Part shown: one piece after another, positions 14,667-28,265 of the stretch
Layout of the letters: each line of letters opens with the position of its first letter
How positions within the stretch are numbered: the stretch's first letter is position 1
Assembly (NCBI GenBank): GCA_030141605.1
Contig: JAQGDQ010000753.1
Coordinates: forward strand, 37,728 to 101,727
Source of the DNA: Tubiluchus corallicola
Taxonomy: Eukaryota; Animalia; Priapulida
DNA length: 64,000 nucleotides
Direction: 5' to 3'
Program-made: the position numbers and the translations under genes
Notes under the pieces: model-generated
Database searches by the model: none
What the model was told of the DNA's origin: nothing
The model's input: only the letters and a program-made list of their open reading frames with translations

Positions 14667-15150
14667 GGTTTTACATGTCAAATGTAGACCTGCTTTAACT
14701 CAAATGTAGATTTAGGTAATTCAAATGTGTTTTGGTAACTCAAATATAGACTTAGGTGGTTCAAATGTGTTAACAATGGTTTTCAACAAATCTTAATAGG
14801 CTGAAATAAAGCGTCTTCTTACAGATATTAGAGAAAATCTTCTAGTGCAGAATCACGGTCTGCTCAGTTGGCAGAACAGTCTGTTAATATCATAACAGCC
14901 GCAGATGCAGGCCATTTTGTAATTTGCACTTAAATGAGTTAATTACCGATTTATTCAAAGTACCGCACTACATTTGACTTACCTAAGTCACATTTGAGTT
15001 ACAAAAACACATTCGAAATTCCTATGTCTACATTTGACTTACCTAAGTCACATTTGAGTTACAAAAACACATTCGAAATTCCTATGTCTACATTTGACTT
15101 ACCTACGTCACATTTGAACTTTCCTGTGTCTATATTTGATGTGTAAAACC
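14667..15150. mobile_element. TA-flanked MITE family C, copy 1
   Basis: ta|ggttttacatgtcaaatgtagac...gtgtaaaacc|ta with subterminal acatttga repeats at 20-bp spacing. Confidence 0.85.
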
Positions 15151-15789
15151 TATTAAACTTTTGTTTTAAACCGACCATAGTAACAAATTTATACTTGGTA
15201 ATATTGTAACGCACTGAATAAGGTAAACTCAAGTTTCTCTTATAGTATGGAGGTTACTTGCTGATACAACATTATTGATACAATATGTTACACTTTTGTG
15301 TTACCACAGTCCTGTCCTGGCTTAAACATTCAAACAGAAGAGCATGTTGTCCGTTTTTGTCCACTTACGAATCACCTTCGTGAAGATAACACTGAACTGA
15401 ACTTCAACGATCTGCATGAATTTTTCAATGGAAACCCAATGTCATATCGTGAATTTGTAAATAAGCCTTGAGCTGTTTTGGACAATAATGATCATGTTAC
15501 GTGATCGTAAGTGTGTAGTGAGAATTTGTAAATAATTCTTCAGCTATTTTTTGGCAGTAATGATCATGTTATGTGATCAAAAGTCCTTTTTTGTAGTGAA
15601 CTATGGACTGAACCAAAATATCATGTTCGACTATCTCTTAATCAGTCAATAAACATATATATATATATATGGGTTCTTGATGTTTTTGAAATGTACAGAA
15701 ATGTTATTGCATGCACTCGTACTTATATAAAGATTTATTGTCTATAAAACATCATTAAAATACCAATTAGGTCTTGCTAATTTTCTATA

Positions 15790-16396
15790 GGTTTTACATG
15801 TCAAATGTAGACCCGCGTTAACTCAAATGTAGATTTAGGTAATTCAAATGTGTCTTGGTAACTGAAATGTAGACTTGGGTAGTTCAAATGTGTTAACAAT
15901 GGTTTTCAAGAAATCTCGAGCGCTTTTGGTAAGTCAAATGTAGACACGTGTCAAGTCAAATGTGACATTGGTATCTCAAATGTGGATAGATGGTAAAGTT
16001 TAAGGATGTTAAATTTAATCTCCTTTAATTTCGATTTAATAATTGCTCTTAAGTTAAAATAACAACATTATAGGTTCACTAATGTTCTGCAAACTTTACA
16101 TACCATTGGAACTGTTAGAGAAATAACAATACATTCTTAAAATAAACAAATTTTCTTGAGAGAAACTAATTCATTGATGCAGTGCTAATGCATTACTTAA
16201 AAAACTAATTAGTGATTCACTGTTCATTGGGAAGTGGGAACGAATTCCACTACATTCTTAACGTTAATTGCATCTACATTTGACTTGCCTAAGTCACATT
16301 TGAGTTACCAAAACACATTCGAAATTCCTATGTCTACATTTGACTTATCTAAGTCACATTTGAACTTTCCTATGTCTACATTTGACGTGTAAAACC
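15790..16396. mobile_element. MITE family C, copy 2
   Basis: Same termini; tata flanks. Confidence 0.85.
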
Positions 16397-16527
16397 TATA
16401 AAAAATGTTTAGTTCTATTAACATTTTGATTTGTAATAGTTTGTCATAGCTTAAACATTTAGTAAGTAACAATGATGTTTAAATTGGTAATTTTGAAGGT
16501 TTGGCTAACTCTCTGGGTAATTTTCAG

Positions 16528-16590
16528 GTGATATTCTCATATTCATGCCTGGACAGGAAGATATTGAAGTAACCTGTGATCTCATTAGAG
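16528..16590 (+). CDS. DHX38: DHX38 exon (motif IV)
   Basis: cag|(G)DILIFMPGQEDIEVTCDLIR G|gtaaat. Confidence 0.94.
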
Positions 16591-17977
16591 GTAAATTGAA
16601 AACTAATTGTCACCTTTGTCTATGTTCAACGTAAAGATGTCTTCCCTTCCCTCACAATAGCAACAGTTATTTTTGTCTGATTACTGTTGAATATGACAGT
16701 AACTTGTTACGCCTACTTTGCTGTCCGGCTTGCTAACCACCTGCCTGTCTGACTTCCTCTCCCCCTCCCCATTTCTCTGTTATCTGTAAACCTTAAAAGC
16801 GTAAGACTTGCAATAACTGAACTTGGTAGAAATCTGACAACGACGAATGTGTACACCTCGGTCTCGGGACAAGAACGAAGACTTAAAGGTGCAGATTTTG
16901 ACTTTTATTTGGATGCATGTAGACTGTCCAATTCAATTCAATTGAATTCAATTTTATTTTCTCAATGGCAGTTAAAATTCAACATAATTATTATTACATT
17001 TTATTGCAACTGAGAAGGAGCAGCGAAAGACCTATTGGTCACTTGGTCAGCTGCCCCTTATTAAAAATGCAAGTTTACTCACAGGCTCATGACATTTTTT
17101 AGGTGTTTATATATATATATGTATATATATATATACATATATATATATATTATATATATATACATGCACATACATATATAAACATTACAGTATTAAAAAT
17201 AGGTTTGGTATTAAATGAAGTGCTTAGTAGCAGAAATATATATTTAATCTAGTAAAATTTTTAAAGGGCGGAAAAATAGTAAGCGAGAAATTCTCGAGAA
17301 TTGAATATGGGGTTACATTGTGAATAATAATAATAGTTATACTATATGCATAAATTTATGGTAAAACAGATACAGTGATGTAAAGATGCAATACAAAAAA
17401 TCAATAAATAAATATATCTCATATCGAGTGAAAGCAAAAAACAAAACTAAATTCTTCCAAGTGTTTGCCGGGAAGGGGAAACTTTTCTAAGTAATCTGTG
17501 ATCTTGGCCACTTCTGTTAGTACCGTAGCTAATACTGAGTAAGTTCAGAAAGCTTATTTGTAGTATCAAAAATCCACCAAGTTTAACTAAGGCATAAGCA
17601 ATTAGTCTTGTGCTTTATAGGCTTGGAGCGCCATGTAGTTTGTTTTGTTGTGTATAGAGCCAGATCTTTATCCGAAGAAGAACTGGCTTTATATATGGAA
17701 GAACTGTGTCAATACAACCGCACCAAAGTGACAAGTCAATCTTTTATTACATTTTTAAGCAGTGTACTGCTTTTGTTGTTGGCATGTTGAAAGATAATGA
17801 TTGTTCAACATTCAACCTACCAATGGGCGCATCGACCGGAAAAGCGTCTTGGCTGTCCGACATAAATTGCTTGCTGCTGAAACCCGGAATGACATTTCTC
17901 TGCAATTTCTTCTGTTGCAACCTAGTTTATTTTGATAAGTTGAATTGTAATCTATTGTTTAGTAGTTTCAGTTTGTT

Positions 17978-18406
17978 CTTCCTCTTTCTAAACAGCTATA
18001 TATCTCCTTTCAAGAGTCCCACCAGGCGCCGCTAGAACGTTTTTTCCGCAGGCTGTTTGGTCAAAATTTCAAAAAAATCGCGAGTTGGGTCCGGGAAAAC
18101 GCCCGTTACGGGACGCCGTGGCCCTCTCGCGAATTCTAAATATGCCTATGACACCCACCGCTGAACGGGCTATCTATCCATAGCCAGCACCACCCATGGC
18201 CCGTTCCCGTTCTCCAGATCTCAGACGTATAACTTTTGCAAAAAACGGCCGAAAAATGGCCATTTTTGGAGGTTTTTCGCCCCCGTTCGTCCTGGTGGGC
18301 CCGATTCGAAAAATAAACCCCCAATGGCACGACACTAGATCGAGACCTTTCGTTTGATATATAGATCGCCGCAAATGGTGCCGTCGTCGAAGCTGTAGCC
18401 TCGAAT
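17978..18406. mobile_element. GC-rich dispersed non-autonomous element, family D, copy 1
   Basis: Reverse-complement homologue at 62206-62636; contains the ctttcgtttgatat motif; class not determined. Confidence 0.75.
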
Positions 18407-18701
18407 CTTATATATATATAAATATATTAAGCCCATATCAAGAGAATTAGTATATACGATTGTTTAGTAGTTTCAGTTTGTGCCTTTGTTTCGTTAATGT
18501 ATTATTTATTCTTCTTTTTGGCTTGATTTATAGTTCGATAATGGCTTCAGTAGTCGAAATAATCGTCGCTCAATAAACATGTTGATTCCTAGAAGCCGGT
18601 TCTTTTGTGTATTTAATGATTGTACTTCTCTTCATTGTGATTCTATATTTTTATAGTTTTATCATTTCAGTTTAATATACGGGGTTTACTTGTGTTTTTA
18701 G

Positions 18702-18857
18702 AACGATTGGATGAAGTGGATGAAGCTCCACAACTTGCCATACTTCCCATTTATTCTCAGCTTCCCAGCGACTTGCAGGCGAAAATCTTCCAGAAAGCTC
18801 CAGATGGTTTACGAAAATGCATCGTAGCCACAAATATTGCAGAAACGTCACTTACAG
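18702..18857 (+). CDS. DHX38: DHX38 exon (motif V)
   Basis: tag|(E)[52 protein letters not shown]|gtaaga. Confidence 0.96.
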
Positions 18858-19234
18858 GTAAGAAACAGTTAATTTTAGTGGCGTGTCAGACAATTTGATT
18901 AAAAATGTTCTATGCGTCTCCATTCAATATATAATGGAGACTATATAATGTGTTTCTTTGACACGTATTACATTCTTCTTTCAGAACATTGCCTAAAATT
19001 TTCAGCTTTTAAAAATACGGGTATTTTTCATAAATGTATAGCTTTAAATAATGTATATCTGTGACGTAAGGCGAATAGCTGACAGGTCACAGTGTCTGCT
19101 GCGCTACAGCTGTTGAACAACATGCAGCTAGGTTAGTAAATGAATGGGTGATGCAACTGTCGGTGGATGGTACTGCCTACCCTCACAGCACTTGGCTAAG
19201 TGCATGTCTCTTATTAGTGCTTTATCTTACATGA

Positions 19235-19723
19235 TACTACGGCCATATCACGTTGAAAATACTGGTTCTCGTCTGATCACCGAACTTAAGCAACATAGAG
19301 CCTGGTTAGTACTTGGATGGGTGACCGCCTAGGAATGCCAGGTGCTGTAGGCTTGTGGGATGCCCACACTGTATCTTGACACTAGGCAGAGGAGCTGCAC
19401 AAGCAGCCAACGGCTACAGAGCGGAGGATGTCAAGTGACTCAACGGCCATGTGTAGAGGAGTAAACCTTCCAAATCAGGAGTGGAGCCCCGAAGGCGGAC
19501 CAGTGCAGCATGCTCACTGACTCCAGCAGCTCCTACAGCCAACGTGGTGCCAAACGTATCGCTCCGCTTTCCTTTGAACTACACCAGGGAGGAAGAGAGG
19601 GGTTCCTGTTGTCTGGACAACTCAGGGTATCCATACATCTTGCCCAGGCGTGCGCCCTGGAGAGGCCATTCCAGTGGTTCAAGGATCGGATTGCTTCAGC
19701 CACAGTCGATGCTGCAGCTCCAT
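19235..19723 (+). mobile_element. SINE3 copy 2 (3'-truncated)
   Basis: 5S head and full body; ends at gctgcagctccat without a tail. Confidence 0.88.
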
Positions 19724-20353
19724 ATTTTTTGCTTAGCATAACTGTTTATTGTTTGTATACCATCTTCACGTCACGTGCCCCTTCGTCATTTACTTCATAT
19801 CTGACACTGTGACGCTATTACCCAAAATATTACATTTTATCTAAAACAAGATATATAAATTCCTTTAATAAACTAATTCATTTCTTATCAAGAGATCGAT
19901 TACGATTAAGTGAAATTAATGAGAGACTTTTAGTAAATAACTAAATAAAATTTACATACATCGTTGGCATTAAATCTTGAGTTACACAGAAACACGTCAT
20001 CACTTCAACACATTGAAACTTGAATGACCGGAAACCAGGTGTCGCCACTTGTAACCGTAAAACGCTATATTAAATTTAACAAACAAAAATCCTTGACAGT
20101 GAAATGACGATACAACCAAGAAAAAAGATACAAGCCATTGTACAGTGAACATGTATGATTATTTTTCATGTAATTTGGAATGCTGCAAGGTGGAATCAAC
20201 CATTTTATCATTGAATGGCAGGTCCTGCTCAAAGTGAATGATCACAGTATTGAAAGGGTATTAGTGCATTCACTGATCAGTTTTGACGACATTTTTAAGT
20301 TCTGTTGCAAAGCTTGATGCTGTGATCATTCGGCCGTAGTCATGTTTAAATAG

Positions 20354-20548
<195 letters not shown>

Positions 20549-21033
20549 TAAGTTACAGGAGCCTGGCTCACTATCCGTGATGGCTCTAAGATGAGTCACT
20601 GAACTATCAGAGCAGGAAGAACTGGACCGGGGTAAGTTATTTTTTATGCTGACTTTGGCACCCTGCACAGAAGATGTTGGTAGTGTGACAGGAGCCTGGC
20701 TCACTATCCGTGATGGCTCTAAGATGAGTCACTGAACTATCAGAGGAAGCTCGGCCACATTTGAGTGTATATACTTCCCTCCTGTATGAGGTAAACAGGC
20801 AAGATTTAGGAATGATGTTGCCCAGAGCCAGTATCGAACCCACAGCGACCATACAGTGCACGGGCGCATTATCAGCTCAGTCACAACCCCATCTTTACTT
20901 TTCCTTTATTAAGAATTTATTTAATTGTGATTATAGGTGCACAAAAAGTACTAGTGCTTCTTATGTATGAAAGAGTCATATCCAGTGGGAGAGGAATTAA
21001 AAAAGATATACATTCGACATTTTTCTGTATCTG

Positions 21034-21518
21034 CAGGGATGAGAATTTTCCGCAGATACGTGGAATTCCGAGTTTTTGGAAGACTAGTAATGCCATTATT
21101 GTAAATCGCGTAAATTCGTTGAGAAAATTTTTACGGACCCAGTACATTATTTCACAAGCTGACCGCTAGTTGGCAGGCCGTCACTTTGTTTACATCACGT
21201 ACATCAGTGTAACCACATGTAGATCTCTATGTATAAAAATATAGAATCAATTGTGCGGAGTTATTTGAGTCAATTGCAGACAGTTTTTATATACTTTTAC
21301 ATAGGAGCGGCCAGTACTTAGGCATTTTTGAGACAATTAGGTATCATGTATCCTTGATAGTTGGGTATTTTAAATTATGCATGAAACAAGGTAATTGATA
21401 TTTTAAGTCCACTTAGAGGCTCTCTATGGTCACAAAATTGCAATTTGTTGCTGCCTACGCGGCCCCCAAACCCCCGGCGTGTTTCAGAGTTTTTTGCAAT
21501 TTGTCATTCTCATCCCTA
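21034..21518. mobile_element. hAT-type MITE family A, copy 4
   Basis: Same body; no clean TSD. Confidence 0.85.
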
Positions 21519-21719
21519 GGGATGGAAATTTTTTGGCATCTTATCTGTAGTAAATAATTTGCATCTAAAATGGTTTGTTATTTATTATTATTTACTGCTG
21601 CCTCCTGTTTGTTTGCATTTCTGTCTAATCTTTCGAAGCGCAGGTACCATTGTGTCAATACATTTCTTATTGATGCCAGATTTTTTTCTTACCCGCTAAT
21701 GTTGTTTTCGTGTTTTTAG

Positions 21720-21882
21720 GCGATGTTATAGACTGTACACTGAACGACAGTACAAAGAGGAACTGCTACAGGCCACTGTGCCGGAGATCCAGAGAACTAA
21801 TTTAGCCAATGTGGTGTTGCTGCTAAAGTCACTAGGGGTGCAAGATCTGCTGCAGTTTCACTTCATGGATCCGCCCCCGGAG
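21720..21882 (+). CDS. DHX38: DHX38 exon
   Basis: tag|[54 protein letters not shown]|gtttgt. Confidence 0.96.
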
Positions 21883-22032
21883 GTTTGTTTGTCACTTAAG
21901 TGTAGTTACTTGATCTACCTCTGCAATGGTCTACGTTTAAGTAACGTACTATACATATAATCTTGTTCTGCTGCTATGAGTTGCAGTGTCAAAAATAGCT
22001 AAATTTTAACATAGTAGTTCTGTGGTTTAAAA

Positions 22033-22112
22033 AACCTAGCCACTGGGGGGGGGGGCAAGCCAGCCCAACTCAGTGCCGGTCCCAAGCTTGGATAAATAGG
22101 GAGGGTTAGGGG
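22033..22112 (+). ncRNA. Twister ribozyme motif (3' cleavage product form)
   Basis: AA-P2(ccta)-GC-P3(cactggg/ctcagtg)-P4(ccgg)-L4(tcccaagc)-P4'(ttgg)-ataaa-P2'(tagg)-gaggg; colinear with the P1-type twister consensus. Confidence 0.8.
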
Positions 22113-22531
22113 TCAGGAAAGGCATCCGCCTGTAAAAACTGCGCCAAAACCTTCTATGAATGAGTCGGTGAGACTTAAAGGTAAAGTCCACAAAGAAGTG
22201 GTCAGACCCGCTCTAATCTATGGGCTGGAAGCAGCTTCTCTAAAGAAGACCGAAAAGAAGAAAATGGGTGTGGTGGAGATGAGGATGATGAGATGGATGG
22301 TGGGAATAACAAGAAGAGATAAAATTAGAAATAATAATATCAGAGGAACAGTAAAAGTAGTGGAAGCCTTGCAAGATTGCGATGGTATGGACACCTAAAA
22401 AGAAGAGTCGGTGAAGATCATGTGGGAAGGGAAGACATACATGAAGAGATGGTCAACAACAGGAATGCGTGGAGAAGACTCATTCACAACAGCGACCCCG
22501 CCTAGGGAAAAGCTGGGAAGAAGAAGAAGAA
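22033..22531 (+). mobile_element. Short internally deleted RTE-clade retroelement (5'UTR fused to ORF end and 3'UTR)
   Basis: RLKGKVHKEVVRPALIYGLE...EMRMMRWMVGITRRDKIRN is an RTE C-terminal motif; 3' agcgacccc + (GAA)n tail; flanking direct repeat gtggtttaaaa. Confidence 0.88.
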
Positions 22532-22839
22532 GTTTAGTGGTTTAAAACACTGAGCTCAGTATATATCATCATGTCTTACCTTGAGACCTGTTTTTATTTG
22601 CACTTGGCATAATAAGTCAAATACAAGAACAATGATGTATTTTTGCTTGAGGTGTTTTTATGCTAAAGTTTTGGAAATCACACTTGGCTTACAATCTTTA
22701 CCTCTACTCAACAAAATATTTTTCTTACTTAGGTCGATTTTTGCATAAATGAAAACTTTCGTTGTCCTGTTGTAAAAGTAAGTGTGTATCTTTAGTAAGT
22801 ATCTTTGGAAGAAGTAAGAGTAAGTAAGTAAGTAAGTAA

Positions 22840-22870
<31 letters not shown>

Positions 22871-23598
22871 GAAGAAAAAAAAGAAGAAGCAAGTAAGTAA
22901 GCAAGCAAGCAAGTAAGTAAGTAAGTAAGTGAGTATCTTTATTTAATCACCTGTTTTTTACAAGAAAAACACAGAGCATGAAACGATAATGTGATACAGA
23001 GTGACAAGATTATTAAATGAATAAATTATCTGAGTTAATGATATTCAAGTGATTGGTGAAAGGGTGGCGAAAAACTAAAAGTTACCAAAGTCAACCACCC
23101 TGTAAGTAATGTTGCTATTAGTAGTTAATTATATTCGCAATTATCTTGACGAAGATTTCAGAATAAGGTGTGATAAACAGAGCATAAAGTTTACATTGGA
23201 GCATAACCAAGTTGCATTAGTAGGTATAGGAATGAAAAACTGTTGTGGAAAACTTGATTAGAGTTTGCGTTTTTATGAATTTTTTTAAATTGGTGTCAGT
23301 TTGCAAGTTGGCGTTAGCCTTTAGCAGCAGGGTTTACTTAATAATAAGATAAGCTAACATTATAAAGGGTAAGACTATAAATTGATAAGCTGGTGGACTA
23401 GATCCACAAAAGTGACTTTGCCAAAACATCTTTCAACGAGATAAATTGTAGGGACGTCATGGCAGGTATAATTAGCCAAAAGCTATTTTCTCAACAGTCA
23501 CCGATTCATTTGCTAGCCATGCCAAGCACTGCTCAACTTCTTGCCAAGCACATGCTTTGATCATTAAGCTTATACACTGAGTTGTTTCATGTATTTAG

Positions 23599-23763
23599 GA
23601 CAACATGATGAATTCAGTCTATCAGCTGTGGATTCTTGGCGCTTTGGACAATACGGGGTCATTGACGCCACTGGGCCGGCGGATGGTGGAATTTCCGTTA
23701 GATCCTGCTATGTCTAAGATGTTGATCGTCTCCACGGAGATGGGATGCAGCGCCGATGTACTG
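23599..23763 (+). CDS. DHX38: DHX38 exon (HA2 domain)
   Basis: tag|[55 protein letters not shown]|gtaaga. Confidence 0.96.
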
Positions 23764-24220
23764 GTAAGAGTTTATACTTCATACATTTAATGAACCAAAT
23801 CAAGTTTGTCTTTGACAACATCATTTTGTAATCTGTTACGAAGCTATTTATTAATTTAGCCTTTAATTTAATCTGTTATTAAATTTTTCTCTGACTTTAT
23901 AAAGTTGCATATCGATATATTTATATAATGATGCATATCTATGATGATTGATATATATGATATATATATATATCATATGCAGGTAAAGTTCCCTTGTTAA
24001 ACCATTTCATACCATACATTTAAATCATTTGCGATATTACCAAAGAAATGTTTTTGTGTTCTTGAGTATACCTTAAAAGTGCATTTTTTATTGTTCATTT
24101 CTACCTGAGTAGATAATTTTATATAATTTTTGTTTCATTTTTGTGTGTAATAAGAAAATAGTTATACGTTTCTTAGGTTTGCTAACTATTTCTTTATGAA
24201 TGTATTTGATGCCATTATAG

Positions 24221-24424
24221 ATCATTGTGTCAATGTTGTCGGTACCAGCAATCTTCTACCGTCCCAAGGGTAGGGAGGAGGAGGGTGATGCCGCCAGGGA
24301 GAAATTTCAGGTTCCGGAGAGCGACCACTTAACATATCTGAACGTGTATCAGCAGTGGAAGTCAAACAAGTACAGCGGATCGTGGTGCGAGAAACATTTC
24401 ATTCACATCAAAGCCATGAGAAAG
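24221..24424 (+). CDS. DHX38: DHX38 exon (last one found; gene incomplete)
   Basis: tag|[21 protein letters not shown]...[11 protein letters not shown]...[10 protein letters not shown]|gtaagt. Confidence 0.96.
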
Positions 24425-24706
24425 GTAAGTAAGCTTTGTATGTACATGCCTATGATGAACAGTGTACGCTTATTGCTTGAGAGAATATCGGGAAGCGTAG
24501 GGAATTTTCCCTCGTGTCTCACAGAAGTTGCTCATTTCAACAGAATGAATCATAATTGTATTTTTTCTTTCAATTTAGTAAACTAAAACTAAAAATTTCA
24601 TTTACGAATCCTTTTGCTCCTTCTTTTTGTCGCCATTCTTAGCTTCTTGCAAAATTTTCTAAGCTTGGCTTTGTTTAAGTCAAACCATTTTCATTCATTC
24701 ATTAAA

Positions 24707-25364
24707 TGTGTGCTTGCAAACCAAAACCGTCCGCAAGTCGGCATAGGTAAAACTACGTTTGATGCTTCAAAGTAGAATGCAGCCAAAATTTGTTCAAATG
24801 TGGATTTTTTTTTAAACATATGCTAAATATATTGGGGTTTTATATTCTAGCCTCAAGTTATCAAGAAAAAGTTAAAAAATACTAAAAATCGAATTTTATA
24901 ACGTACACCCACTTTTTCTGGGTAGAAACTAGTACTGCAATTGTACAAAACTTCGATGAACTTCAAACTCTGATAATAGTTCGTTCAAGCTGTCATTTTA
25001 CTTCAGGTTTTTTCATTTGCCAAGCCCAGATCTTCGTCAGGAAGAGCCATCTACTGGATTTAAATGTAACTTCAATGTTTTTTTGCAAAGTCCCGTAGGA
25101 ACAATCATTTGCGCGGTTGCTAAATGTTTTGTAAAAATGTGACATAAACAATGGCTAACTTTAAAAGCGATTTTCTCAAGATTACGTTTTTCAGTGCGTA
25201 ACATGCAACTCAACTTCAACATGGATTATCTCAGCTTGGAAATAACATAGAGCGATGAGCTTGGTATCAAAATGATCCTCATGAAATTGAGATTCGAGAT
25301 AACTGTGAATAACTAGAAAAGCTTAATTGCCAACTTATGATCGATTTTGCAATGCAAGCACACA
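24707..25364. mobile_element. MITE-like element with 12-bp TIR
   Basis: tgtgtgcttgca...tgcaagcacaca; single copy in window. Confidence 0.5.
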
Positions 25365-25511
25365 AATATGGATTCAAATAGTTGGCAAAAGTATTGATTT
25401 AAATGAGTTCAAATGCGTGGGAAGTGAGATAGACAATGTATGAATTTAGATATGCAAAGTGTTGAAAACCTTGGCACCAAGGTATTCTCATGTCTTGTTT
25501 GTAGAAGTCGA

Positions 25512-25914
<403 letters not shown>

Positions 25915-26053
25915 GGAGTCGAAATATTTAAAGGAACAAAGCAAACAAAAACAAATTGTTCAATGTCAGGAAAATATTCTTTCTGTCATAATTTTACTTT
26001 TATTCTAAATTCTCATACTATTGTGAATAAGAATTTGTTAACATTCGTTTTAT

Positions 26054-26947
26054 CTACAGAAATGTTATCACCTGCTCACCTTTATTAATTACATGATCGT
26101 TCTGTTTGTGATTGTTATTGATTGTTCTTGAATCATTTGCAGTCTCTTTATCGTCTTTTTGTTGAAAATTTTCATCTTTAAAACTATCATCAGTTTGTTT
26201 TGTCTCATCTGCTGTACTACAGTTACCATTATAACTTGTAAACTGGGGCCAATAATCACCAAACTGATCCAAAAAGGTTTCCACTACTGTCTCGTTTTCG
26301 CCAACTGAATCTTGATCCGAAAACGCTTCCTCCAGCATTGCAGATAATACCCGGACTGGTCTCCTATTTTGCTGTGCGTGTGCCCTATTCGGGTTGGTGT
26401 CCACGTACACATCGTCATCCGTGTCCACGTCTACCAACGGCAACACGGGTGCACTTTTGCTGATATGCACCGGCGCCGGTGCCATTGATACGTAGATCTC
26501 CTGTGTGTCGCTTGTGATGCTCAGATTATCATTTGCTGAGTCTGAGACATCTACTGGCCGTGGTGGTGCGTGGAAATACTTGGTGTAAAATTCTTTCCAA
26601 TTCCACAAGGAACTCCTCCTTTTCTTGAAAAAACGATCACTTGCAATTGGCAAATTGTTGTTGGTTGTTTCGGTAAATTGGTCATTATCTGATTGAAGCT
26701 GTTTGTTCGCGGGTGCGCTGTAAAGGAATTCAGCATTTGTTTCTTTCTCTGCGTCTGCTTCAGTTGCATGTCGTCGGCATTTTGCGCAACGGGAGTTTTC
26801 ACTTAGCTGCGACATTTTTCGTTTTCCGCTCAGCATCGAGAGTCTACGCAGGTTGAATAAGCTCGGCTTTCTGACGGACTGCTTCTCGCCATTATTTGAC
26901 TGATTCTCTCTGAGCCATTGTAACACCGGGTAGTTTTCTATTAGTTC
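26054..26947 (-). CDS. Lectin-like receptor terminal exon (disordered cytoplasmic tail)
   Basis: tag|ELIENYPVLQWLRE... continuous with the 290-aa ORF to its TAG stop; the 7 exons total 1800 nt = 599 aa + stop. Confidence 0.82.
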   Translation of the reverse strand, partial: ELIENYPVLQWLRENQSNNGEKQSVRKPSLFNLRRLSMLSGKRKMSQLSENSRCAKCRRHATEADAEKETNAEFLYSAPANKQLQSDNDQFTETTNNNLPIASDRFFKKRRSSLWNWKEFYTKYFHAPPRPVDVSDSANDNLSITSDTQEIYVSMAPAPVHISKSAPVLPLVDVDTDDDVYVDTNPNRAHAQQNRRPVRVLSAMLEEAFSDQDSVGENETVVETFLDQFGDYWPQFTSYNGNCSTADETKQTDDSFKDENFQQKDDKETANDSRTINNNHKQNDHVINKGEQVITFL

Positions 26948-27075
26948 CTAAAACAAATAAGAAAGTGTGCAACAAATGTCTTAGCTGAAAAACAATTAAA
27001 TTAGTTGCTAATTAATTAGGAACGTAATAACCGGAATTGGTAGTTCATAAGGATTTGAGAAAACTTTGCCCTCAC

Positions 27076-27184
27076 CTGTGGATCCTCGTATTCGTGTTCC
27101 ATTGCTTTGTTGTCATATGAATTATCAGCAGGGGGCACTGTTTCAGCCACCACCTCATTTTCCTCCTGCTCATTTCCTTGTTTT
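27076..27184 (-). CDS. Lectin-like receptor exon 6 (juxtamembrane cytoplasmic)
   Basis: cag|(R)KQGNEQEENEVVAETVPPADNSYDNKAMEHEYEDPQ|gtgagg; phase 2/0. Confidence 0.78.
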
Positions 27185-27324
27185 CTGAAATATGTGAGTT
27201 ATTTCCAACTGTTTAGATTATCATCTATTCCGTAATTTGTCTAATGCTTATAATAACATCATTTTGGCAAATCTGATTTTGTTTCAGTTCACTAAGCCTG
27301 TACAATTGCCCATCCAGTAATTCT

Positions 27325-27841
27325 CAGGGATGAGAATTTTCCACGGATACGCAGAATTCCGAGTTTTTGGAAGACCAGCTGTGCCATTTTGTAAATCGCG
27401 TAAATTCGTTGAGAAAGTTTTTACGGACCCAGTACATTATTTCACAAGCTGACCGCTAGTTGACAGGCCGTCACTTTGTTTACATCACGTACATCAGTGT
27501 AACCACTTGTATATCTCTATGTATACAAATATAGAATCAATTGTGCAGAGTTATTTGAGTCAATTGCAGACAGTTTTTATATACTTTTGCATAGGAGCGG
27601 CCAGTACTTAGGCATTTTTGAGTCAATTAGGTATCATGTATCCTTGATAGTTGTGTAATTTAAATTATGCATGAAACAAGGTAATTGATATTTTAAGTCC
27701 ACTTAGAGGCTCTCTGTTGTCACAAAATCGCAATTTGTTGCTGGCTCCAAGGGGCTCCTTGAACCCCCATGGGGGCCTACATGGCCCCCCAACCCCCTGG
27801 CCTGTTTCAGAGTTTTTTGCAATTTGTCATTCTCATCCCTG
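27325..27841. mobile_element. hAT-type MITE family A, copy 5
   Basis: Same TIRs and body; lies in a lectin-gene intron. Confidence 0.88.
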
Positions 27842-28026
27842 GATTCTGCTCTGTTTGTAACTTAAACAATTTTGTTACTGTCACACAGTGAACATATAGA
27901 TTTAGTGTCACCTGTACCCCTGTACCCTCAAATTCTGTTCAAAAGAATCACTGTTATAAGGATGAATTTATGAGGTGTTGGATAGTAAGAATCTGTATCA
28001 AGTGTTGGTGTCTTTGGATGGTGGGT

Positions 28027-28265
28027 GGCGCTCAAATGGTAGCATGCTCGTTTCCTACTTAAGAGGTCGAGGGTTCAACTCCTGACTAAGTCATACCAAC
28101 GACTTAAAACATGGCACCGCTGGTTCTTCGACCAAACATGCAGGTTTATCGAAGTAGCGCGCAGGTAATAATGAACAGGATCTTCTTGGAAATAAGTATT
28201 GGGTTACTGGAGGCATTATCCCTGGTCTATGTCCTAACGAAATTATTATTATTCCTGTTATTATT
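28027..28265 (+). mobile_element. tRNA-derived SINE with Meta-like core
   Basis: A-box-like ggcgctcaaatggtag and B-box ggttcaactcc, then gtcataccaacgacttaaaacatggcac (related to 3900-3930). Confidence 0.6.
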
